Shown in pieces: positions 17,708-26,853 of a stretch of 64,000 bases of DNA. The number at the start of each line of letters is the position of its first letter. The first letter of the stretch is position 1. The position numbers were made by a program, and so were the translations under genes. This DNA comes from Nitrospirota bacterium (GTDB lineage Bacteria; Nitrospirota; 9FT-COMBO-42-15; HDB-SIOI813). The DNA is taken from positions 655 to 64,654 of the forward strand of contig JACRGV010000131.1 of assembly GCA_016212215.1 (NCBI GenBank), given 5' to 3'. The notes beneath the pieces were generated by a model, which made no database searches, had not been told where the DNA came from, and saw only the letters and a program-made list of their open reading frames with translations.

Positions 17708-18602
17708 TATTGATTTAAATTTAATGGGGAGAACAGCCCTTGTTACAGGCGGGAGTAATGAGATCAGTGGTGCGATTTGTCGAGTCATGGCATCTGCCGG
17801 CGCATCAGTAATTATTCATTACAACAAAAACAGGGAAATTGCAGAGCAGACATGCAAAGATATAATCTCAAGCGGCGGCACAGCAGTTACTTTCAGTACA
17901 GATTTTTCTGATGAAGATTCCATAGACGCTCTTTTCAGCTTTATCAAAGAACGATTCAACCACCTCGACATCCTTGTTAATAATGCCCACCTTCCTCTTA
18001 AAAGAACCTTCCTCAAAGATATAACATGGGAAGAACATCAGGAGCAGATAGACGTTATGGTGAAGGGGACATTCTACTGTTCTAAGAAAGCTATAGAGAT
18101 GATGCGGGAGCCGGTCATGAGCGAGGCGCTCACAAAGGACAATGAAAATGAGTGGGACAAGAATGTCCCACCTATCCTTGATATATATCCGGATAGGCGG
18201 GGTTTTCTTACCCCGCCGGAGGAATTTTCGGGTAAACAGCGTAAAGGCGGCTCAATCATCAACATCCTTACATCACAGACAGAGCATCCTGTAAGCGGCT
18301 ACAGCAGTTATGTAACAGCCGCATCTGCATTAACGGGTTTTACAAGAAATCTTGCTGTAGAGGCGGGATGTATGGGGGTAAGGGTCAACATGATTGCACC
18401 TAACTTTGTCCTTACCTCACATACACCCAACGCACCTCAACACGTCCACGATGCAATTATAAAATCCACACCCCTTGGCCGCCTTGCAACACCGAATGAC
18501 ATAGCAAAGGTTGTCTTATTTTTTGCCTCAGACCTGTCAGAATTTATAACCGGATGCTATTTTGTTGTTGATGGGGGATACGGTTTATCGGGAAGGCGTT
18601 AG
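17685..18602 (+). CDS. Divergent SDR-family protein carrying an in-frame family A repeat
   Basis: TALVTGGS.., NNAH and GGSIINILTS motifs. The expected YxxxK reads YVTAA, so the Lys is absent. About 36 codons (18129-18237) derive from the repeat. Confidence 0.65.
   Translation: MMTSGLPDIDLNLMGRTALVTGGSNEISGAICRVMASAGASVIIHYNKNREIAEQTCKDIISSGGTAVTFSTDFSDEDSIDALFSFIKERFNHLDILVNNAHLPLKRTFLKDITWEEHQEQIDVMVKGTFYCSKKAIEMMREPVMSEALTKDNENEWDKNVPPILDIYPDRRGFLTPPEEFSGKQRKGGSIINILTSQTEHPVSGYSSYVTAASALTGFTRNLAVEAGCMGVRVNMIAPNFVLTSHTPNAPQHVHDAIIKSTPLGRLATPNDIAKVVLFFASDLSEFITGCYFVVDGGYGLSGRR
18129..18237 (+). repeat. Family A repeat, copy A2, inside the SDR CDS
   Basis: CTCACAAAGGACAATGAAAATGAGTGGGACAAGAATGTCCCACCTATCC..GGATAGGCGGGGTTTTCTTACCCCGCCGGAGGAATTTTCGGGTAAAC. 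Confidence 0.9.
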
Positions 18603-18603
18603 G

Positions 18604-18775
18604 AGTTCACTCGAAAATCCCCTCCGGCGGGGTAAGAAAACCCCGCCTATCCATGTGTAAATTTGGGGGAACCCGCCTATCCATGCCTAACCTGAGGATA
18701 GGCGGGACTTTCTTGTCCCGCTGATTTTCATGGCCCTTTGTGAACCCTCGGTTCATGGGAGTTCACCCGAAAATA
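18604..18775 (-). repeat. Family A repeat, copy A3 (reverse orientation, with one arm duplicated)
   Basis: This is the reverse complement of the A consensus, with two GGATAGGCGGG arms. Confidence 0.9.
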
Positions 18776-18886
18776 CGATTTTCTAACACAGAGGCACATA
18801 GATTCATAAATTTAAAATCTTTAATCTTTTCTCAGTGCCTCTGTGCCTCTGTGGTTAATTTTCAGCTTCATTTGTGCGTATATATA

Positions 18887-19162
18887 TCATGGGCTATTTT
18901 TCTGTTTCAGCGTCTTATTTTTCCTATTTGAAGATTTGGTTTTATTTTCTTTTATGGATGGGTGAATCCGCAGATTTTTTGCCGGATTGCTGAATGTAAA
19001 CCGTCCGGCAAGGATGCACCCTTTCATACCAGGGTCACAGTCGTGATTGCGTACCCGCAGGCACTTGTTATTGACTTCATGAGGACAATCCCAGCTACCG
19101 CTCATTATATCTTCCTGTTCTGTAAGTTTCTCATAGGAGGCTCTTGCAAAAGTATTTGTCAT
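18887..19162 (-). CDS. Hypothetical small Cys-rich protein
   Basis: CPHEVNNKCLRVRNHDCDPGMKGC followed by a basic tail. An alternative start at 19105 has a better SD. Confidence 0.4.
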   Translation of the reverse strand: MTNTFARASYEKLTEQEDIMSGSWDCPHEVNNKCLRVRNHDCDPGMKGCILAGRFTFSNPAKNLRIHPSIKENKTKSSNRKNKTLKQKNSP

Positions 19163-19218
19163 CCCCGAAGTCTTTTATCCCCGATAGCAACATTCGGGGA
19201 CGGATATGATTTTCTGTT

Positions 19219-19257
19219 AAAAAAAACAATAGATTCCCGCTTACAACATGCGGGAAT
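19219..19257 (-). terminator. Intrinsic terminator after the histidine kinase gene
   Basis: The minus strand reads ATTCCCGCATGTTGTAAGCGGGAAT, then TCTATTGTTTTTTTT. Confidence 0.65.
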
Positions 19258-19302
19258 GACAACATTTTGGGACTTTTGCAAAATCCTCATAGAATTAATG
19301 CA

Positions 19303-21024
19303 TTAAGCCGGAAGCCTTACAATGACTGATGTTCCGGCTCCAACTGTACTCTTAATTTTAATTGTCCCGTTGTGGGCTTCGATAATCCTCTTTGTAACAG
19401 CAAGTCCAAGACCTAAACCGGTTCCTTTTGTAGTCGTAAATTCAGTAAAGAGGTCTTTTAGTCTATCCGGTGGAATACCCTGTCCGGTATCCTGCAGTTC
19501 AATATCAAGAAAATTATGGGATAATTTAACCGATATAATAAGCTCACCACCCTCCGGCATTGCATCAATAGCATTGCGGATGATATTCTTAAATACCCTC
19601 TCAATTAAAAACTTATCAACTTTGACGTTCATAGGTTCAGTGGGACAATTTGCCTTAACAACTATCGCCTTATTTTCCATCTCTTCCCTGAACATCTCAA
19701 TAATGCCTTTTACCTCTTTGCAAATATTTACAGAGATTAGCATAATCTGAACCGGTTTAGATAAGTCCATCAGGTCATCAAGAAACTGATTTATGTTGGC
19801 AAACTCTCTTGTAACAACCTTTTTAAACGTATTTCTACATTCTTCATTGTCATACATCTTTATCATAAGACGACTGCAATTCTCTATATTCCTGACAGGG
19901 TGCCTCAAATCATGAACAAGACCTGCGGCAATCTTATTCATAAAGGCGATCCTCTCGTTCCGTTTAATATCCTCCTGAAGAACCTTGAGATCAACCATCA
20001 TCTTATTAAACCCTTCGCCTACCTCCTGAAACTCATCACCTGTTTGTATTGAAACCTTCTCTTCAACATTACCACCGGCGACCCTCCTTGTTGCGGCCAG
20101 TAAGTTCTGAAGCGGTTCCAGTATATATCTTCTGCTGCCGGAATATCCTAAAAAAGATGCAGCAGCTATACATAAAATTATCATAACACTAAGAAGAACT
20201 GTCATGCTCCTCGAGGATGCATAAGCCTCTTTTAAAGGTTCTTCAATAATTATTCCCCAGCCGAGTGATGGAATCGGGGCTGCCACACCTATAACATACT
20301 TATCTTCCATGTTTTTATATATATCAGTTGAATAGCCTCCCTTTAACACATCTTTGACTATCTTTAATCGTCTAAGGGTATTATTTGCAAGTACAGGAAT
20401 TTTGTTGTTTCCACCACGACCATGTGCTATCAGTGTGCCGTCCCCTGATACAACAAAGGCATACCCGCTTTCTCCAATCCTGATACTTTCCACTAAACTC
20501 CACAGATGCAAAAGGCTTATATCAGTAACAGCAACCTTCGTGATTGTATTAAGATTTTTTACAGGAACTGCTATAGTTATCTGCGGGACATTATCATTAG
20601 AAAGATATACTTCTGATTTATATACCTCACCTTTAAATGCGCGTTTGAATGCCGTTCCCTTAAACTCCATTTCAGAACCGCTTTTATTGACAGATACCAA
20701 CTCTTTGCCCCGATGGTCCAGAATACAGATATATTTAAATTCCGGAAAGTTTAATAGATAATTACTCAGGATCATCTTTTGCTCTTGCATAGGGATCTGA
20801 AACCTTCCCAGATTTTGCAGGAGGGCGTTCAATATTGACACCCTGTTGATAACATATAAATCAATCTCTTCTGCCGCCCTCTTTGCTGTATTAATATTGC
20901 CGTCTTTAACCACATTTGCATTGAAGTATCTTGACGTCCATATAGACAATATTCCATAGACAATAAGAGGCACAAAAACAGCGATGATAAGTAATAAACT
21001 TAGCTTTGCAGATATACTTTTCAA
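19303..21024 (-). CDS. Sensor histidine kinase (Cache-type periplasmic domain, HAMP, HisKA, HATPase)
   Basis: Two TM segments flank a sensor of about 250 aa. H-box LVHDLRHP, N-box IIRNAIDAM, G-boxes DTGQGI and GTGLGL. Confidence 0.85.
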   Translation of the reverse strand: MKSISAKLSLLLIIAVFVPLIVYGILSIWTSRYFNANVVKDGNINTAKRAAEEIDLYVINRVSILNALLQNLGRFQIPMQEQKMILSNYLLNFPEFKYICILDHRGKELVSVNKSGSEMEFKGTAFKRAFKGEVYKSEVYLSNDNVPQITIAVPVKNLNTITKVAVTDISLLHLWSLVESIRIGESGYAFVVSGDGTLIAHGRGGNNKIPVLANNTLRRLKIVKDVLKGGYSTDIYKNMEDKYVIGVAAPIPSLGWGIIIEEPLKEAYASSRSMTVLLSVMIILCIAAASFLGYSGSRRYILEPLQNLLAATRRVAGGNVEEKVSIQTGDEFQEVGEGFNKMMVDLKVLQEDIKRNERIAFMNKIAAGLVHDLRHPVRNIENCSRLMIKMYDNEECRNTFKKVVTREFANINQFLDDLMDLSKPVQIMLISVNICKEVKGIIEMFREEMENKAIVVKANCPTEPMNVKVDKFLIERVFKNIIRNAIDAMPEGGELIISVKLSHNFLDIELQDTGQGIPPDRLKDLFTEFTTTKGTGLGLGLAVTKRIIEAHNGTIKIKSTVGAGTSVIVRLPA

Positions 21025-21134
21025 ATTAACACCTGGTAATTGTGTTACCTAACTTAAATTAACTTGTTATGGCTGTCAATATAATATAATTTTTGTTTGG
21101 TATTACATGTTTGGATTAGCAATGTTTAGACAGG

Positions 21135-21321
21135 TAAGGGTCTGTCATGAAATAACTTGTGCATTTAGGCGCTCAGATTTCGGTCAGATTTGAGTGCGAC
21201 CGATTGAGCAAACCCGGAGGCGTAGTTGAATCTACGCTGAGGGGTTGCGATTGAGGAGCACACAAAGATGGCCGGAAGATGAGATGCATAAATGTATAGG
21301 TTATTTTATGACAGACCCTAA
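21135..21321. repeat. Hairpin-bounded structured element E2
   Basis: A 22-nt terminal inverted repeat, TAAGGGTCTGTCATGAAATAAC / GTTATTTTATGACAGACCCTAA, pairs at 20/22. There is an internal GCGTAG..CTACGC hairpin. The core blocks are shared with E1. Confidence 0.6.
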
Positions 21322-21332
21322 GAGGTAATGAA

Positions 21333-21719
21333 CTACTTTTTTCCTGCAACATGCTTCACCAATGTGAGCATGCAATCTCTGCACTCGGTATTTTCTATCT
21401 TTCTCAGATTTTCCACTAATTGACGTTCCTGCGGGGAGAAGTAGGGGTTTTCCCTTTCCATAACCATGATCTTGCTGCCGGCCTGTTCTTCAAAAAAATA
21501 TGTTATAGGCACATCAAGGATATTTGCTATTGCCTGCAGTCTGTCAGTGTTTAAATTGCTGGTACCTTTTTCATATCTCTGTACCTGTTGATAGGTAATG
21601 CCGATCTCTTCTGCCAGCCGTTCCTGTGACAGACTCAGGTCTTTTCTCCGTGTTTTTATCTTTATGCCTATGAATTTCCGGTCCCTTATCTTATACATTT
21701 GACCGCCCCGCATTATCAT
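21333..21719 (-). CDS. XRE-family HTH transcriptional regulator
   Basis: LSLSQERLAEEIGITYQQVQRYEKG. The start may instead be the internal ATG at 21698. Confidence 0.8.
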   Translation of the reverse strand: MIMRGGQMYKIRDRKFIGIKIKTRRKDLSLSQERLAEEIGITYQQVQRYEKGTSNLNTDRLQAIANILDVPITYFFEEQAGSKIMVMERENPYFSPQERQLVENLRKIENTECRDCMLTLVKHVAGKK

Positions 21720-21834
21720 TACATGAAATGGATTTCAGACAAACTATACAAGCGGGTCTCTGAAATAGCCACAACATCCGATTTGTGCCTGGCCATTGAC
21801 TTTTACTAAATAATTGTTGTATTTAATTATCATT

Positions 21835-22179
21835 ATGCCGGGCTTGAATAACTTTTTAAGAAGATTCGGATATCAGGTCCGGATATTCAGAAAACAGAAG
21901 ATGCTTTCCTTAGAGGAACTGGCCGGCATGGTTGGGATTTCTGAAAATGACATAAGGGATATGGAGAATGGAAAGTCTGATCCAAGGCTGAGTACCATAC
22001 TGCTTATATCAAGTGTACTTGGTGTTTCACCTGAAGACTTGCTGACTTTGCCGGATAGACCGGATAGAAATGCCAACCAATATTATGCATTGCGCTACCA
22101 ATTCTTAAAAAATCTTAATAATATGTCTGATGATGAGTTGAAAAAGTTGATTGAACTTAGTCATTCTATAATTCCTTGA
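21835..22179 (+). CDS. XRE-family HTH transcriptional regulator
   Basis: LSLEELAGMVGISENDIRDMENGK. The ATG at 21835 is preferred over the TTG at 21814. Confidence 0.75.
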   Translation: MPGLNNFLRRFGYQVRIFRKQKMLSLEELAGMVGISENDIRDMENGKSDPRLSTILLISSVLGVSPEDLLTLPDRPDRNANQYYALRYQFLKNLNNMSDDELKKLIELSHSIIP

Positions 22180-22213
22180 CACTCCCCCCTGCCTTCTATA
22201 AGGTAATACCCAA

Positions 22214-23074
22214 ATGAACCACTGGGTATTCTTTGCACTCCTTGCTGCATTCACACTGGCAACCGCAGATGCCATAAGCAAGAAGGCTATGGGCAGGACT
22301 GATGAGCTTGTCATTGCTTGGGTAAGGCAGGGATATTCACTCCCTTTTCTAAGCCTCTCCTTCTTATTTATAAATATTCCACATCTTGACAGGACTTTTT
22401 GGCTGTCCCTTCTCTTTCTTGTCCCAATGGAAGTAACAGCCATTATCCTTTATGTAAAGGCAATTAAGATTTCCCCGCTGTCCCTCACCATTCCCTTCAT
22501 GGCATTAAGCCCTGTATTTATTATATTTACTGCATTCCTTATGCTTGGAGAACTGCCTGACAGGTCAGGACTTTTGGGAATATTTATGATAGTTGCAGGT
22601 GCATATATCCTGAATGTCAGGGCAACAAAGGAGGGATTACTCGGACCAATTAAGGCAATAAAAAGGGAAAAGGGTTCTGTACTAATGATAATCGTGGCAC
22701 TTATTTATAGTGTTACAGCTACTATTGGAAAGATTGCCATTCAACATTCAAGTCCTGTATTCTTCGGCGCTTTCTACCCTTTTATACTAACCATAGTTTT
22801 TTCAATCATACTTATTAAAAAAGGAGAGATTCAAAAGGTAATCTCACGTCCTCTAATATTTCTCGGAATAGGTTTCTTTATCGCTGTAATGGTCTTATCA
22901 CATTTTACAGCCATCAGCATGGCAGACGTGGCATATATGATCTCCGTCAAAAGGACAAGCCTCATATTCAGCGTTATCTACGGCCGGCTTTTCTTTGGAG
23001 AAAAACACACAGGCGAGAGATTGACAGGCAGCGTATTAATGGTCGCTGGAGTAGTACTGATAACCGTGTTTTAA
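22214..23074 (+). CDS. EamA/DMT-family transporter
   Basis: About 10 TM helices in two EamA-like halves. Confidence 0.75.
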   Translation: MNHWVFFALLAAFTLATADAISKKAMGRTDELVIAWVRQGYSLPFLSLSFLFINIPHLDRTFWLSLLFLVPMEVTAIILYVKAIKISPLSLTIPFMALSPVFIIFTAFLMLGELPDRSGLLGIFMIVAGAYILNVRATKEGLLGPIKAIKREKGSVLMIIVALIYSVTATIGKIAIQHSSPVFFGAFYPFILTIVFSIILIKKGEIQKVISRPLIFLGIGFFIAVMVLSHFTAISMADVAYMISVKRTSLIFSVIYGRLFFGEKHTGERLTGSVLMVAGVVLITVF

Positions 23075-23080
23075 TCAATA

Positions 23081-23142
23081 GCCTGTTACCTATCATCCAC
23101 AACCCATCATCTGTCACCTATTGCCTATTACCCCTTACCTGT
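23081..23142 (-). repeat. Heptamer-periodic tract (CCTNTNA units on the plus strand)
   Basis: CCTGTTA CCTATCA TCCACAA CCCATCA TCTGTCA CCTATTG CCTATTA CCCCTTA. Confidence 0.75.
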
Positions 23143-23225
23143 TTTTTATGATTTGACTGAAATGTAACCTCTGATGTATAGTACTCATATTATTTTTTTA
23201 TATATAACCCAAAGGGGAGGTGCTA

Positions 23226-23423
23226 ATGAAGGTAGAAGAGATAAAAAAGATTGCACAGAAAATGGGAGTACCGGCAGTTGGACCTAAGGCAGAGATGATC
23301 AAGACTATCCAGAGGACAGAAGGGAACTTTGATTGCTTCGGCACTGCGGCAGATGGATTCTGTGACCAGGGCGGCTGTCTTTGGAGAACTGATTGCTTGA
23401 AGCCGGCCAAGAAGAGTCAGTAA
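23226..23423 (+). CDS. Small protein with a SAP/Rho_N-like N-terminus and a 4-Cys C-terminus
   Basis: MKVEEIKKIAQKMGVPAVGPKAEMIKTIQ, then CFG..CDQGGCLWRTDC. SD GGGGAGG lies upstream. Confidence 0.5.
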   Translation: MKVEEIKKIAQKMGVPAVGPKAEMIKTIQRTEGNFDCFGTAADGFCDQGGCLWRTDCLKPAKKSQ

Positions 23424-23479
23424 GTAAAATAGGTAAGAGGATGAAGCAAGAAGTGGGAAGTTAGAAGTTAGAAATAAGA
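23417..23479 (+). repeat. Heptamer-periodic tract
   Basis: CAGTAAGTAAAATAGGTAAGAGGATGAAGCAAGAAGTGGGAAGTTAGAAGTTAGAAATAAG. Confidence 0.7.
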
Positions 23480-23590
23480 TTATACGGCCTTTCGGGAATT
23501 TTTCTCTGTTATCTTACATCTTGCCTCTTGCTTCTGTCTTTCCTTCATCTCTTGACACTGATAAAGTTTTCTTCTAATCTCATCACTCAG

Positions 23591-24079
23591 ATGTTATCCC
23601 AGCTATCAAAGTCATCCCATGAAAGATTTATGGATGTTGCCTTACAAGAGGCGGGGCTTGCTGTTTCCTGCGGGGATGTTCCTGTCGGCGCTGTGGCTGT
23701 GATCGAGGGAGAGATAATATCAAAGGGATATAATATGAGGGAGGCTCAGCATGACCCGACTGCCCATGCTGAGATGGTTGTTATAAGAGAGTGTGCGGAG
23801 AAGCTCGGCAGATGGCGGCTCAATGATATTACCCTTTATGTAACTATTGAACCGTGTGTAATGTGTGCAGGCGCGCTTATCCTTGCACGGATACCAAGGG
23901 TTGTTTTTGGTGTCTATGATGCTAAGTTCGGCGGAGGCGGCTCGGTATTTCAGATACTTCAGGACCCGGTGCTCAATCACAGGGTGGAGATAGTTTCAGG
24001 TATAAGAGAAGATATGTGCCGGAAGATTCTTCAGGACTTTTTTTATGGTCGAAGACAATCGTTAAAAATAGCCGGTTGA
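23591..24079 (+). CDS. tadA: tRNA adenosine(34) deaminase
   Basis: HAEMVVIRE and PCVMCAGAL zinc motifs. The start is chosen at MLSQLS. Confidence 0.85.
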   Translation: MLSQLSKSSHERFMDVALQEAGLAVSCGDVPVGAVAVIEGEIISKGYNMREAQHDPTAHAEMVVIRECAEKLGRWRLNDITLYVTIEPCVMCAGALILARIPRVVFGVYDAKFGGGGSVFQILQDPVLNHRVEIVSGIREDMCRKILQDFFYGRRQSLKIAG

Positions 24080-24084
24080 AATAT

Positions 24085-24212
24085 CAGCAATTCCCTGTGA
24101 TGTATCAGGCAACTGGCCTTACAGCGGGGTTAGAAAACCCATCCTATAGCGATAGGCGGGACATTCTTGTCCCGCATTCACAAGGGAGAAATATTGTTAC
24201 CAAGAATTGCTG
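24085..24212. mobile_element. 128-bp MITE-like element with 9-bp TIRs and a 9-bp target-site duplication
   Basis: TIRs CAGCAATTC / GAATTGCTG. Flanking direct repeats TTGAAATAT lie at 24076-24084 and 24213-24221. The interior is a family A-like core. Confidence 0.7.
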
Positions 24213-24341
24213 TTGAAATATAAATTAATACTCTGTTATAATACACAGATTGTTTTTTAGGTTTCCTCCTGAAAAAACCATGGGATAAATTATTCAGTCC
24301 GGCGGTTTAAAAAGGCGGATACCTTTTGAAGGGAGTTATTT

Positions 24342-24800
24342 TTGGATCCCGGGAACCCCGAAGCAGTAGTTGAGGCAGATTCTCCTGAGTACAGTAAGGC
24401 AAATATCCTTAACAGATTTATAGCAAAGATTATTGACATCATTGTTGCAGCCGCGTTTTCAAAATTGCTGCAACCGGTGGGATTTTTTGCCGGCCTGACA
24501 TACCTTTTGATAGCCGACGGATTCTTTGACGGGAGGAGTCTCGGCAAGAAGCTGATAGGCATTAAAACTATTAAAGCAGATGGAGATCTGTGTACTTATA
24601 AAGACTCTATACTGCGGAACTTAACTATGAGTGCAGGGTATATCTTTTTTTTTATTCCTTATGTCGGGTGGCTGCTGACACTTATTATCTTCTCAATAGA
24701 AGGTCTTGTTATACTTGGGAATGAAAATGGGTTGAGGATAGGTGATGAGCTGGCAAAAACTTATGTAGTTGAGAATGGAGGTACAAAAATTGTTAAGTGA
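24342..24800 (+). CDS. RDD-family membrane protein
   Basis: [16 protein letters not shown].., three TM segments, TTG start. Confidence 0.6.
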   Translation: MDPGNPEAVVEADSPEYSKANILNRFIAKIIDIIVAAAFSKLLQPVGFFAGLTYLLIADGFFDGRSLGKKLIGIKTIKADGDLCTYKDSILRNLTMSAGYIFFFIPYVGWLLTLIIFSIEGLVILGNENGLRIGDELAKTYVVENGGTKIVK

Positions 24801-25818
24801 CATCCTTGGATGGTTTTCGACGGATCTGGCAATTGATCTCGGTACGGCGAATACGCTTGTTTATGTAAAAGGTAAGGGTATAGTATGCGATGAGCCTTCT
24901 GTAGTTGCTATTGATAAAAAGACCGGAAAGGTGCTGGCAGTCGGTGCTGAGGCAAAGAGAATGTTGGGAAGGACGCCCGGCAATATTGTTGCTATCAGGC
25001 CGCTAAAAGACGGCGTAATTGCTGATTTTGACGTGGCGGAAAAGATGTTAAGCCACTTTATTACGAAGGTGCATAACAGAAAGGCATTCGTCAGTCCGCG
25101 TGTTATTATTGGTATCCCTTCGCGCATTACGCAGGTTGAGCAGAGGGCTGTGCGTGACTCAGCAGAGCTTGCAGGTGCACGTGAGGTTTATCTTATAGAA
25201 CAGCCGATAGCCGCTGCCATTGGTGCAGGTCTTCCTATTACAGAGCCCTCAGGAAATATGGTTGTTGACATAGGCGGAGGCACCACTGATATTGCAGTTA
25301 TCTCCCTTGCCGGTATAGTCTATAGTGATTCTGTGCGTGTTGCAGGGGACAGGATGGACGAGGCAATACTGTCATATATCAAGAGGAAGTATAATCTCCT
25401 TCTTGGTGACCACATGGCTGAGTTGATAAAGATAGAACTCGGTTCAGCATATCCTCTTGAGGAAAAGCGTGTTATGGCTATAAAAGGGAGGGATCTTTTA
25501 TCCGGAATCCCTAAGACACTCGAGGCTAACAGTGATGAGATACGCGAGGCACTTGAAGAACCTGTCAGGGCAATTGTGGATGCAGTGAAGATAGCCCTTG
25601 AGAATACACCACCTGAACTTGCAGCAGATATAATAGACCGCGGAATTGTACTTGCGGGCGGCGGTTCTCTGCTGAGGGGGCTTGATTTGAGGATCAGGGA
25701 AGAGGTGAATCTGCCGATCATCACAGTTGAAAATCCAAAGACTACAGTTGTAATGGGTACAGGAAAGGTGCTGGAAGAGATTGAACTTTTAAGGAAGGTA
25801 TCTGTATATTCACAGTGA
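24790..25818 (+). CDS. mreB: Rod shape-determining protein MreB
   Basis: [22 protein letters not shown] and LAGGGSLL motifs. TTG 24790 lies 8 nt after GGAGG; an alternative ATG is at 24775. Confidence 0.9.
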   Translation: MLSDILGWFSTDLAIDLGTANTLVYVKGKGIVCDEPSVVAIDKKTGKVLAVGAEAKRMLGRTPGNIVAIRPLKDGVIADFDVAEKMLSHFITKVHNRKAFVSPRVIIGIPSRITQVEQRAVRDSAELAGAREVYLIEQPIAAAIGAGLPITEPSGNMVVDIGGGTTDIAVISLAGIVYSDSVRVAGDRMDEAILSYIKRKYNLLLGDHMAELIKIELGSAYPLEEKRVMAIKGRDLLSGIPKTLEANSDEIREALEEPVRAIVDAVKIALENTPPELAADIIDRGIVLAGGGSLLRGLDLRIREEVNLPIITVENPKTTVVMGTGKVLEEIELLRKVSVYSQ

Positions 25819-25868
25819 AGTCTGCTGGTATGCACGCCATTAATAATGTCATTTAATACCGGGCAGGT

Positions 25869-26723
25869 ATGTTTAGATTTCCTGCTGTAAACAAAAAGAT
25901 ATTAGCCGCCTTTTTTCTGGTGATAGGGATATTTGTCCTGTTATCCCCTGAAATAAAAGGCGCACCTCGTTTTTACTTTTTTGAGAGACCTTTTGCCTTT
26001 TCCATCAACGTAGTCCAGTCGGGTTTCACGTCAATATTTAATAGTATATCTTCAGTCTGGTCCGGTTACATTTCACTTACAAATGTGAATAAAGATAACA
26101 AGAGACTTCTTGAAGAAAATAAAAGACTCCGTAATGAACAAATAGTTATGCTGGAAAAGGCCCTTGCCGCTGACAGGCTTTTGGAGCTTCTGAGGCTTAA
26201 AGATACGATAAAAAAGGAATATGTTATTGCAGGTATAACGGCTAAAGACCCCGCAAGCTGGTCGAGTGTGGTAGTAATAAATAAAGGTGAGCGTGACGGA
26301 TTAAGGCCGGGCATGGGGGTGATAAATGAAGACGGGGTTGTGGGCAGGGTTATAAAGACGACACCCTCGTACTCAAGGGTGCTCCTGATTTCTGACAGGA
26401 ACAGTTCAGTCGCCGGTCTGATCCAGCGGACAAGAGATGAGGGTATTGTAGCAGGGGCAGGCGGTAGTCCATTAAGACTTAATTATATAACAATAACTTC
26501 TGATGTACTGAAAGGGGATATTATCCTGACATCCGGTACCGACAGCGTTTTTCCTGAGGGGATAGTTATAGGAAGCATCAGCAAGATAGAGACCCCCAAA
26601 AATGCCATGTTTCATTCAATAGAAGTCCTGCCGGGAGTGAACTTATCAAAAGTTAGAGAAGTAATGGTATTAAAAACCCCGCCGGCGCCGGAGATTGAAA
26701 GGATGTTAAAAGACAGTGATTAG
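25869..26723 (+). CDS. mreC: Rod shape-determining protein MreC
   Basis: N-terminal TM, a coiled coil, then beta-barrel domains (GMGVINEDGVVGRV). It sits after mreB. Confidence 0.85.
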   Translation: MFRFPAVNKKILAAFFLVIGIFVLLSPEIKGAPRFYFFERPFAFSINVVQSGFTSIFNSISSVWSGYISLTNVNKDNKRLLEENKRLRNEQIVMLEKALAADRLLELLRLKDTIKKEYVIAGITAKDPASWSSVVVINKGERDGLRPGMGVINEDGVVGRVIKTTPSYSRVLLISDRNSSVAGLIQRTRDEGIVAGAGGSPLRLNYITITSDVLKGDIILTSGTDSVFPEGIVIGSISKIETPKNAMFHSIEVLPGVNLSKVREVMVLKTPPAPEIERMLKDSD

Positions 26724-26784
26724 TGGTTAGTGAATAGTGATGAGTGAGAAGCGAGAAGTAAGAGGCAAGAAGTAAGAAATAAGA
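26710..26784 (+). repeat. Heptamer-periodic tract starting with AAGACAG
   Basis: AAGACAGTGATTAGTGGTTAGTGAATAGTGATGAGTGAGAAGCGAGAAGTAAGAGGCAAGAAGTAAG. It contains the mreC stop. Confidence 0.8.
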
Positions 26785-26787
26785 TGT

Positions 26788-26853
26788 CGGACGAAAATTC
26801 CCTCCCCTTCAAGGGGAGGGTTAGGGTGGGGATGGGGTTGATTTTCGGATGAA
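26788..26853 (+). repeat. Family B hairpin repeat ending in GATTTTCGGATGAA
   Basis: CGGACGAAAATTCCCTCCCCTTCAAGGGGAGGGTTAGGGTGGGGATGGGGTTGATTTTCGGATGAA. It contains the mreD ATG. Confidence 0.9.

Noticed and set aside
18740-19306. Plus-strand ORFs 18740-18931 and 18962-19306.
   Set aside because: They are antisense to the small Cys-rich gene and to the terminator region, with low-complexity translation.
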